A stretch of DNA of 63,292 nt, counting the filler, from Thraustochytrium aureum (Eukaryota): the NCBI GenBank assembly GCA_012862495.1. It is 3 parts of one record of this genome, joined end to end, with 100 filler letters (N's around TTAATTAATTAA, not from the genome) between each part and the next. Parts side by side here need not be neighbours in the genome. Positions count along the whole stretch, not along the records: positions 1 to 18,040 come from BLSG01000335.1; 2 more parts are not named here. One strand, written 5' to 3'. The position numbers were made by a program, and so were the translations under genes. Below, piece after piece: positions 1 through 9,900 of this stretch (its first letter is position 1; every line of letters starts with the position of its first letter). The notes under the pieces are model-generated. The model worked only from the letters and a program-made list of their open reading frames with translations. It had not been told where the DNA came from and did no database searches.

Positions 1-512
1 AGCGCCGCCGCGCAGCAGCTCCGCTCGCGGACCCGCGTCGGACCGCGCCGGACAGCCCCTTGCCCAGCGCCTGGAGCCCGCGGTCCATCCCGGCATCGAG
101 TCCATTTACATAAATGTTTATGTGTCGCGCGCCTCGCGCCGAAACCGCCTTGCGCACCACAGTTCCACGCGCGCTGCGGAGCATCATCAGACAAGCCGGC
201 AAACGAGGCTAGCCAGCCAGCCAGCGACGCGGCAGCAGCATCGGCGCCGTCAGGGCGAAGAAGCCAGACTGCCTCGAGCACGTTCTCCAACGCGGGCGGC
301 GTTCAGAATCGATTGATCGAACGAGACACGTTCCTCAAGCAATTCGCAACTGAGTGCGGAAGACAGAACACGCGAGACGCAGGAGACCGCGCAGGAGGCG
401 CGAGCAGAGCGAGCAGGCGCCGCGCGACTCGGCGGCCACAGAACGCCTCAGGAGCCGGTCTGACGTCAAACAATCGCTGGAGGCCTCGGAGGACGACGCC
501 GGTGCGGACGCG

Positions 513-1816
513 ATGGCGAACGACCGCGCCGGCGATGCTTGGCATGCGGGGCGCGAAATGGGCGCCGGGGCGAGCCACGGCGCGGCGGCCGGCGCCGATG
601 ACGGGGCGGATGCGGCCGCGGAGAGGCCTGTCGTCGCGGCGCCGGTTAATTTGGCCACGGCTGAGGAGGCAAGGGAGAGCTCGAAGCGCGGCGGGGAGAG
701 CGTTGCGGACCAGGCTGTCGGCCTCGTGAGGAGGTACCTGGGCGAGCAGGTGGCGAGCCAGCTGATTCGAGCGCACGAGGATGTGAGCGGACATGTGCGG
801 CATCAAGTACACTCGGCCAAAGCGCGCGCCAAGGCGAGCGTGCGCGACAACATCAGCTTGATCCAGGAGCGCGCGAGCCAAGCGCAAGAAAAGGCGCGCC
901 GCAAGCTGTTTGCCAAGCTGTTCGAGGCCGACACGGGCCACGGGGGCGCCGCGGAAGGCGCCGAGGTCGACGCGGCCGCCTCCGAGCCCGGCCCGTCCCG
1001 GTTCTGGCTTGAGCGCTCTGCGTCGTGGGTCGACTCCATGCAGCCGCAAGGCAGGAACTGGTACGCGCTCGCACTGCCAACCTCGCTGTTGGGCTCCGAC
1101 GCAGACCTCTCGTTCGCCTACGACGAAAACCTACGCCTCGATGAGGAGCTCGAGCACCAGATCCAGCTCGACCTGCCGCGAACGTTCCCCTCGTGGACCT
1201 GTTCCAGGACCCATCTGTCCTCGCCAGCTTCGAGCGGACGCTGCGCGCCGCCGCCGTGACGTGTCCCGAGGTGGGCTACGTGCAGGGCATGAACTTCTTG
1301 GCCGGCTATCTCGTCATCCACTGCAACCAGGAGCAGCTCGCAGGGCGCCTCGCCATCGAGCTCTTGACAAACCCACTCTACAACATGCGCGGCGTCTTTG
1401 AGGAGGGACTGCGAACGTTGCACAGGATCAGTTCGACGCTGCGGAATGTTCTGGGCTCGCTTGACAACGAGCTTGCCTCGCACCTGGACGCCGTGGGCTT
1501 TGACGAGTACTTTTTCTCGTTCCAGTGGTCGAGCACGCTGTTCGCGTATTCGATGCCCTTCGACGCGCTTCAGTACGTGTGGGACCTGTTTTTCGAGTTC
1601 GGATGGCCCGCCTTCTTCGCAGTTTGCACGGTATTGCTGGCGGACCGTCGCGGCGAGCTTTTGGCGGCGCCAGACTTTGACGACGTTTACGCCCTCCTCA
1701 AGGAGTGCGTGGCCAACCCCCGCGTGGACTTTGCTTCGCGGGCGCGGGCCGTGCTCAGCGAGCCTCGTTTCATCCAGCTGGGCCCAAGCATCTCGGCCGT
1801 CACGAGAGAAGACTAA
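513..1816 (+). CDS. TBC/Rab-GAP domain protein (frameshift near 1190)
   Basis: ORF 354..1259 carries IQLDLPRTFP (IxxDxxR arginine finger). Overlapping ORF 1193..1816 carries GYVQGMNFLAG (YxQ finger) plus FQW and VWDLFF. One missing C in the C-run at ~1186-1190 joins them. ATG at 513. Confidence 0.88.
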
Positions 1817-2407
1817 GTACCAGACCCGTTTTGCGAAGTAGTAGGCGGTTCACGAGCACTCCTACTAACCTGCGAGGGAGGTAGAGGTAGGATCGAGCGC
1901 GCGGCGGGCCCCGTGGATGAGACGGCTGTAGCAGCCTACTCGCACAACGCGGCATGCAGGTATGTGCGTGATGTTTGATCAAGAGCGGAGAAGAGGCTCA
2001 TGTCCCACCAAAGCCAAAGCCTACGGCTCAGTTCTCAAGCCCTGCAACTCCACTGCGCGCGCGTACCTCCCTACCCCCACGCGGGGGCTGCCGTGCGCAG
2101 ACGCCTCAGGTTGCTCATCTACCTTGTACAGTCACAACAAGTAGAAATTGTTTTGCCGACCGCCTGGTGCTGAGCCGTCTCGTGCCCTAAAGCGTGCACG
2201 GGGCCAAAAGTTGTGCGACGCGTGAGCAGAGCCCCAACATACTTCCTCTTCGAAAGCGCAAGCGTCAGCCAGGTCGCGGAGCTGGGCGGGCGGCCAAGCG
2301 CGCAGTCGCTCGTTGAGCAGGCGACGTCTTGTAGCAAGAACTCTCGCAGTCGCGCTTCGTTGCAAACTGTCGTGGAGGGTGGTGGACTGGCGACAGAGCG
2401 AGCGAGG

Positions 2408-4435
2408 ATGGCGGGGATGTGGCGAAAGGCAACTGTGTTTGCGGTTGTCGCCAGTGTCGCGAGCGCGCTGTTCGAGGATATACGGCTCGAGCCTGACGTC
2501 GAGCACGCCCCATTTCTGCATGGTGTCGCATCTGCTGATCCAGTCGAGGACGGCGTGCTGATTTGGACTCGCGTTTCGGACGCTGCTGCGACGCAAGTGT
2601 ACTGGGCAGTGTGGGAGCTGGCCACGCCTGGCCAAGCCTTTGAAACGCCGACCCAAGACGGCGTCGCCCCAGTGAGCCTCGACAACGACCTCACCGTCAC
2701 TGTCAACGTAACGGGCCTGGAGCCAGGGACAAAGTATGCGTACCAATTCGCCGAGATTGGAGGCGCAGCACGCAAGTCAATCGAGGGGAGGACAAAGACG
2801 ATCTCGCCGGATGCAAAGAGCGTCCGCGTAGCGTTCATGAGCTGCACGAGTTTGTGGAGCGGGTACTTTAACTTTTACGCACACGTCGCCGCTCAAGACC
2901 TGGACGCCGTGCTCCACATGGGCGATATTCACTACCCAGACATGGACCCGGAAGAGCTGAACCGCGTTCCGTACGGCCTATGCGAGTCCAAGTGGTTTAA
3001 AGGCGCCAGTGAAAAGGTCGGTGGCAAACCGAGCGACAACAAGGACCCGCTCTTGGAATCCTTCGTGGCCTCGCTGGACTGCGAGGGCTCCGACTTGCAC
3101 AGGTTCCGCTGGACCCATGCTCTCTACCTTCTCGACCCTGACTACCGCGCCGCCCGGGCCGCCCACCCTTTCATAGTCACCCTGGACAATCACGACCTAA
3201 ACGGGCGCACCAATACGCCTGGCGGCTCGCGTCAAGCGGCGCTCGAGTGGATCCCGCAGCGCCACGTTCTCGAAGCTGCAGAGGACGGCAGCCTTTTCGT
3301 CAACACACTGCGCAACTTTCGGTTCGGCGGCGACCTGCTCGACATTATTATGCTCGACACGTACACGTTCAACAACGACTCCGCAGCTGGCCTCCTAGGC
3401 GAGGGGCAGCACGTGTGGCTTGACGAGGTCCTCTCGAACAGCTCGCGCTGGCGCGTGTTTGGCTCGGCGAAGATGTTCATGCCGCTCGCACTAAACGGCA
3501 TTCCCGCAGCGATGAACCGACCGCTCGGGCTGGCCTTCCTCACCTTCTTTCTCCTCCTCGCGACGTGCGTTGGAGGCGAGGTTGCGCTGCGGTCGAGGAG
3601 GATGCGCGCTGCGGTTCTTGAGGCCGAGGCTGGCGATAGCGAGGACGTGCGTGGCGCCGACAGCAAGCTCGCCGCTCTCGAGTCGGCCCCAGAGGCTCCT
3701 GGACAGCCCTGCTTACGAAGAGTCGCAGAAACTGCCCGCCGCGGAGCTGGCGCGCTTCGCGAGGCGCACAAGTCTAGCCCGCTTGCGCTCAGGGTGTGCA
3801 CGTGCTGCGGCCTCGTTTCGTTTGTTGTTTGGACGATGATTTGGATCGCGGGCGGGATCTTCCTCGGCACGCAATTGAACAGCGGGGACGAGATTGTCAA
3901 CCTCGACGGCGACACGGACACCTGGGAAGGGCAGCCCGGCTCCCGCGACCGGATCTTCGACCAGCTCGTTGCGGCCGGCACGACTACGAACAACTTTGTT
4001 GCCACAGGGGACATGCACATGTCGGTGGCCGCCGACCTCGTTCGCTTCGACAGCACCAAGAAGAGCACTCTACTCGACTATGATGTCAGCAACCCCGGCA
4101 CGATCGAGCGGTTCGGAGTGGAGCTCTTGCCGTCATCGGGGTCGCGCGGAAACCTCGACGAAAAGGCATACGAGATCGTGGGCCTCCTCAAGCCCGGTAG
4201 TTGGCTTAACAGCGTCGCGTCTGCGGTCGGCAACCGCGTGATTGGGAGCGCCAACCCGCACTTTCGCTACTTTGAAGGGACGGAGCACGGCTATGGCCTC
4301 ATTGATGTGTCGCCGGCGCGGATCAAAGCTGAGATTTGGCAACTGCCGATCCGGACGCGGACGGATGAGGCTGTTCTTGCGCAGACTCTCTACTTGCACA
4401 ACGGGGGCAACGCGTGGAGCTCGGAGGCTCCATGA
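2408..4435 (+). CDS. phoD: PhoD-family alkaline phosphatase with signal peptide and internal two-TM insertion
   Basis: Motifs FLHGVASADP..VLIWTR, VTGLEPGTKYAYQF, LHMGDIHY, LDNHD, MLDT, DTWEG and TGDMH. N-terminal signal peptide MAGMWRKATVFAVVASVASA. Confidence 0.88.
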   Translation: MAGMWRKATVFAVVASVASALFEDIRLEPDVEHAPFLHGVASADPVEDGVLIWTRVSDAAATQVYWAVWELATPGQAFETPTQDGVAPVSLDNDLTVTVNVTGLEPGTKYAYQFAEIGGAARKSIEGRTKTISPDAKSVRVAFMSCTSLWSGYFNFYAHVAAQDLDAVLHMGDIHYPDMDPEELNRVPYGLCESKWFKGASEKVGGKPSDNKDPLLESFVASLDCEGSDLHRFRWTHALYLLDPDYRAARAAHPFIVTLDNHDLNGRTNTPGGSRQAALEWIPQRHVLEAAEDGSLFVNTLRNFRFGGDLLDIIMLDTYTFNNDSAAGLLGEGQHVWLDEVLSNSSRWRVFGSAKMFMPLALNGIPAAMNRPLGLAFLTFFLLLATCVGGEVALRSRRMRAAVLEAEAGDSEDVRGADSKLAALESAPEAPGQPCLRRVAETARRGAGALREAHKSSPLALRVCTCCGLVSFVVWTMIWIAGGIFLGTQLNSGDEIVNLDGDTDTWEGQPGSRDRIFDQLVAAGTTTNNFVATGDMHMSVAADLVRFDSTKKSTLLDYDVSNPGTIERFGVELLPSSGSRGNLDEKAYEIVGLLKPGSWLNSVASAVGNRVIGSANPHFRYFEGTEHGYGLIDVSPARIKAEIWQLPIRTRTDEAVLAQTLYLHNGGNAWSSEAP

Positions 4436-4678
4436 TGACAGCTGGCGCTGGACTCGCGACGCCCTTCCAACGCGGCGAATGAATGCCTTGTTGTTGCGTC
4501 AACCAGCTCAGCTCTCAGCGCTTTGCTCTTGTCCCTGAGCCGAGCAGGGGTGCAAGTGTAAGGCGGGGAAGCTGGAGTCTTATCCTCGCAGGTGAGCAGT
4601 CGAAAGAAATAAGCGATGTGATTCTTGTTTGCCCCGTGGCCCACAACACTCGCGCATCGAGTCGGTTAGCGGCCCTGC

Positions 4679-5833
4679 TTACCAGGATTTGCGCAGCAAG
4701 TCCTGCTGTTGGCTCGCGAGCCGAGCTGGTTCAAGCTCAGCGACCCAACGCTCAGAAACCCACCCAGCCCTGCAGAAGACTCTGCCGCAGTCGCCGCTGC
4801 GGACAGCGCGCGCCGGCTTGGGGATAGCCCGCGAAGTTTGAGCGCGCGCCGCACGGGGAGTCTTTGTCATAAACCGCTTTGACTGATCAAATGACGGTTG
4901 GTGCACCGGAAGCGGGCCTCCTGCATGCTGCTCGGCAACCTCGCCTTCATTCCGCAGCGACTGGCCGTGCACAGAGCGCAGGGCAGGATGGTGGCTCAAC
5001 TTTCTTCTCCGCTCTTGACGCGCTTGAAGGAAAGCCCGTTGATTTGGCTTGACGGGTTTGCTGTCGATGACCTGGAGCAGCTCTGAGCCAAGGACGAGGG
5101 CGTCCCTGTAGCGCGGTATGCACGCCACGGGATTGTTCTGGAGGTCGAGCTCTGTCAATAACGAGCAGCTCTGCAGCAGGTCCAAAACATCGTCCAGGTT
5201 GCACACCTCGTTGCTGTTCGCGCCGAGTACTTGCAGGTTTACAAGGCACGAGAGTGGGCTCAGGTCCTCCAGGTGCGTCCCGTTGATCTTCAGCACCTGC
5301 AGCGACTCAGCGAGTGCGTCAAGGGATGCGATGTCAAACCCAAGCGCCTCGCCAGGCTGCAGCCGCTGGTCATTCATGTGCAGCTCTTGTAGCGAGTAGC
5401 ACTGTTCAAGGCCAGAAACGTAGGCGATTTGATTCCCGTTCACACTGAGCTTCACCAAGTGCCTCATGCTGCTCAGGCCCTCGAGCGAATCAATCGCGTT
5501 GTTATCAAGGTACAGATGCGTCAGCTGTCGCGCGAACGAGAGGTCCTCCAGGTTGCCCGAGATGTGGTTGTCGTAAAGGAACAAGACTCTCAGCTTGCTG
5601 CAGTCCGCGAGCCGCTTGCCAATACCCCTGAGCCCCTTGCCATTTAGCGACAGGCTCGTGATCCGGTCCATAAAGTGGTCATCTGCCTCATCTGCGCGCT
5701 GCTTTTGCGCTGTCGACCGCCGAATCAGATCATGCGATATATCTTCCACCACGTGCGCGCCCGCCTTGCGCCCTCTCGCCTGCGCCGCCCCGGGAAGTCG
5801 GGGCTTGCTCCCAGCGAGTCCGCTTCCTTTCAT
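4679..5833 (-). CDS. SDS22-class leucine-rich repeat protein, PPP1R42/LRRC67-like
   Basis: Tandem LxxLxLxxNxI repeats (LRVLFLYDNHI, LTHLYLDNNAI), LQELHMNDQRL..LGFD motif and an LRR cap (NNPVACIPRYRD..LQVID). Confidence 0.8.
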   Translation of the reverse strand: MKGSGLAGSKPRLPGAAQARGRKAGAHVVEDISHDLIRRSTAQKQRADEADDHFMDRITSLSLNGKGLRGIGKRLADCSKLRVLFLYDNHISGNLEDLSFARQLTHLYLDNNAIDSLEGLSSMRHLVKLSVNGNQIAYVSGLEQCYSLQELHMNDQRLQPGEALGFDIASLDALAESLQVLKINGTHLEDLSPLSCLVNLQVLGANSNEVCNLDDVLDLLQSCSLLTELDLQNNPVACIPRYRDALVLGSELLQVIDSKPVKPNQRAFLQARQERRRKLSHHPALRSVHGQSLRNEGEVAEQHAGGPLPVHQPSFDQSKRFMTKTPRAARAQTSRAIPKPARAVRSGDCGRVFCRAGWVSERWVAELEPARLASQQQDLLRKSW

Positions 5834-5850
5834 CTCGCAGCGCTAGCGTT

Positions 5851-5907
5851 CAGCAGCAGCGCCAGCGTACAACAGCAGCAGACGCAGCAGGAACAGGGAC
5901 AACAGCA
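5851..5907 (+). repeat. CAG-rich microsatellite next to an assembly gap
   Basis: Imperfect (CAG)n directly before the N gap at 5908. Confidence 0.6.
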
Positions 5908-6942
5908 NNNNNNNNNNNNNNNNNNNNNNNNNNNNNNNNNNNNNNNNNNNNNNNNNNNNNNNNNNNNNNNNNNNNNNNNNNNNNNNNNNNNNNNNNNNNN
6001 NNNNNNNNNNNNNNNNNNNNNNNNNNNNNNNNNNNNNNNNNNNNNNNNNNNNNNNNNNNNNNNNNNNNNNNNNNNNNNNNNNNNNNNNNNNNNNNNNNNN
6101 NNNNNNNNNNNNNNNNNNNNNNNNNNNNNNNNNNNNNNNNNNNNNNNNNNNNNNNNNNNNNNNNNNNNNNNNNNNNNNNNNNNNNNNNNNNNNNNNNNNN
6201 NNNNNNNNNNNNNNNNNNNNNNNNNNNNNNNNNNNNNNNNNNNNNNNNNNNNNNNNNNNNNNNNNNNNNNNNNNNNNNNNNNNNNNNNNNNNNNNNNNNN
6301 NNNNNNNNNNNNNNNNNNNNNNNNNNNNNNNNNNNNNNNNNNNNNNNNNNNNNNNNNNNNNNNNNNNNNNNNNNNNNNNNNNNNNNNNNNNNNNNNNNNN
6401 NNNNNNNNNNNNNNNNCAACCTTTTCGAGGAAGTGAACAGGGACAAGAAGGACGCCGACCTTGTGCTCGCGCTTGCGCGACAATGCGAGCGTTTTGCGGC
6501 ACCTTGAACGCGCATCTCGCAGAGGAGGAGCGCGTTGGCGTGCCGCTGTGGCTCCTATGCGAGGTGACGTGGTGACTTGCTGTCGTGGCCATCGCGGTGC
6601 TGGCGCTTGTGCATTCTCGGGCTCTACCAGGTCCACGTCGTTATCGAGTCCCGAATGTTGGCCGGCCGCTTCGATGCGAGAACCATGCACCCTGGCAAGA
6701 CGCTTTGCTGCTGGCGTCGTTGCTCCGCGATGGCCAACTCCTGCGCTTGAAGTGCCTGTTTGGAGCGTGCAACAAGAACCGAGCAAGCTGGAAGAAAAAA
6801 TCAAAGTCAACGTGAGAACTGAGCCTGAACTGAGCCTGCTCAGGGTGCTGATCGGCGGCGCACGTGAAAACCGCTGCTGCCGTCAATCTAAGCGTTTCCA
6901 GATCTCTCTTGATTGATGATAAAAAAACGAAAGGAACTTGAC

Positions 6943-9900
6943 TCAGTACGTGTAGGCGGCCGAGGCGCTCTCAACCGCGTGCCACATGAGCCACGTAAGA
7001 ACAGACCGGAACGGGCGCTGTGGCTCAGCGAGGGCCAGCAGCTCGTGGCCTTCAGGGAGGGTGACTACCTTGGTTTCGTGCATGTCGTCGTCAGGACCCG
7101 ACATTGCGTAAAGGCGCTTGAAGGCCTTGCGCACAACGAGGTCGCCCACTGGCAGCACGTCGGGGCGCCCCATCGCAAACATGAGGAACATGTGCACGCT
7201 CCACTCCCCGATGCCCTTGATCTTCAGCAGGGCCTCGAGGATCTCCGAGTCGGCCATCGCCTCGAGCCTCTCCCGCGACATGCGCTCATCGAGCCAGAAT
7301 TGTGCGAGGCACTTGACGTACTCGACCTTGCGCGCCGAGAGCCCGCAAGAACGCAGGGAGTCCTCTGGCTCGTCGAGGATGCGCTGCGGCGTGAGCGCCT
7401 CCTCGCCACCCAGATGACCTTTGAGTCGGCCAAAAATCGACGCGCCTGCTTTGGTGGAAATCTGCTGGAAAACGATCGACCGCGCCAGCGCCCGAAAGGG
7501 GTCAACACCGCCTATTTTTCCAAGCAGCGAGGTGGGCGCCCCAACTTGCGACACCACGGGCGCGAGCCGAGGATCCTTTGAAAAGTGCTTGAGTGCCTGG
7601 GCCACCAGTTCGGCGTCAATGACGCGCGGTGGCCCGCGCGAGACGAACAAGTCCTTGGCTGGCTTAGGCACACGAGCCTTCTTCCGTTTCGCCGCGGTCG
7701 CGAGCTCGGCCGGAGCCTCCGTCTTTACTCCCATAGCTCCCGTCGACGGCGGCCGCGGCCGGCCCCGTTTTGCACCACGCTTCTCAACGGTCTTCACGGC
7801 GGGCACCGCCTCGTCATCCTCGTCATCCTCGCCAAAACCGGGCACGAGTTGCGACTGCTTGCCCTTCGTGCCAGTCCTCGTCGATGAGGTCCGCGTTGGC
7901 GCCCAGCGCGACTCAGGATCGTCCTCGAGGCTTGTGAGACCGGCTCGAAAGCTTGACGCGATCGCGCCGCGGTAGAACGCCGCGCTCAAAAGCTTTTCCG
8001 AGGCTCCGCCGTCACGCTGTGGTGTTGGTGTCGCTCCGTTGGCAGCCTCGGCGCTGGCCAGAGATGCTGCCACCGCGCGCTCCTGGAAAGTGCGGGAGAG
8101 CGGGTCGAGATAGGCCCGAAAGTAAGCGCCGCACAAGCGGATGTTGGCGGCCTCTGCCTCCTCGATCGTATTGTGGGCGACAACGACGACGAGTTCGAGG
8201 TTGTTCTTCTTCTGCTTGGGGCGGTCGATTCGGCCTTTCATTTGCTCCACGAGGTCGCCGGGCTGCGGCCGCGAGACGATGGCATCGGCGCGGTGCTGCA
8301 AGTTGAGCCCATGCGCGCCTTCTGCGACGGTGACGACCAAGACCTTGTCTGCACCTCCGCCGGGATCCGCCCCAGAGGCCAGCGGCTCGCTGTCTGGGAT
8401 CGCAGCGAGAAGCAAATCTCGCTCCTCCCTGCACGTGGCAAACACAAGGGGACGACGTCCGCGCCCCCGTAGCTGCTCCACTTGCTCTGCAATCGCCTGC
8501 ACCGCGAGGGTCCGCTCGTAGTTTGCGCGCAGAAAAGCCTTGAGGGCGCCAAACACGTCCCGTCCACCATGGTACGCCTGCTCAAACGTGGCCCGGTACC
8601 TCGACTCGACGTCTTGGCCGAGCAGAACCTTGCGATATGTCACCTTCCACTTGCGCGGGTTCTCCGGGAGGTACACGACACAGTGCTCGTTCAGCAGCGC
8701 CGGAAGGTACGCCTCTGTGCGCGGAAGCGGGGATCGCAGCATGCGCAGCATGTAGTACAGCTTGCTGAGCCTCGAGCGAAAGAACGTCGCGGAGAGCAGC
8801 AGGCACCCACAGGCCGAGCCGGCCACAAGGCGCCACGCGCTCGAGCTCTGCAACGCGTCGTTTTGCACGCTCAAGCACTCGTCGATAACGACGAGGTCCC
8901 ACCCGCTCGACTGAAAGGGGTGCTCTCTGGCCCGGGCAAGCGTTGTGAGCACCACGCAGTTNNNNNNNNNNNNNNNNNNNNNNNNNNNNNNNNNNNNNNN
9001 NNNNNNNNNNNNNNNNNNNNNNNNNNNNNNNNNNNNNNNNNNNNNNNNNNNNNNNNNNNNNNNNNNNNNNNNNNNNNNNNNNNNNNNNNNNNNNNNNCTT
9101 GCGCGTTTTGAGTCAGCACGTGAATGCCGCGCGTGTGGAGCATGATTTGCTCGACCCACGAATTCACAAGCGAGTTCGTGGGGAGCAGGACGAGGCTCCC
9201 GCGGCAAGCCGCGTCGCCGCCCGTGCTTTGAGGTGCGCCTGAACGCCGTCGATGACGCTCAGCGCGGTCAGGGTCTTCCCGGCCCCGACGCTTGAGGCGT
9301 CCGCAAACCCGCGAAGCCCTTGGGCGATGCCTTGAAGCACCTTGGCGCGCGTCTGGGCCTGGTGGTCCCAGAGCGCGGTCGTGACCCACGAGGCGTGGAC
9401 GGCGCCGCTACTTTCAGTCTCTGCTTTGCCTGTGCCTTTGCCTCGCAAGGCGGGCACCTTGCCTACCGAACCGGATCCTGGCTGGCCTGGAAAAGCCAGC
9501 TTGTGCAGCTGCTCGATCATGTCGCAATACTGGACGTTGTGACTGCTCCGCACACGGAACCGAAGCGCAGAGCTATACCCGGTAGACGCTTCCCTGACGC
9601 GCTCCAAGCACCAAGGGTAGATGGCGCAAAGAGCGAGCGCAACGCGGAATGCCGTGCCTTCGTTCGCAAAGTCCCTGAGCCACGTGTTGTTGTTCGCGCC
9701 TGCGCTTGATGAGAAGGAGATGTAGTGGCCGTCGCGCATAATGAGCTTGAGCAAGATGTCCCTGAAGATGTCGCTTGAGATCGGGCTACGATCCGCCACG
9801 TCTTGCCAGCTGAATACAGCATTCGCTGCAGTTGCCGGCTCGCGCGCGAGCGCATCGAGGGCCTCCAGGACCTCGAATGAAGGTCCGCGCGGCGGGTGGC

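Noticed and set aside
303..1049. Long antisense or alternative-frame ORFs over real genes (here and throughout)
   Set aside because: Shadow ORFs expected from high GC and codon bias; no motifs.
6418..6916. Possible 3' end of a + strand gene after the gap
   Set aside because: Would need several frameshifts and has no identifiable domain.
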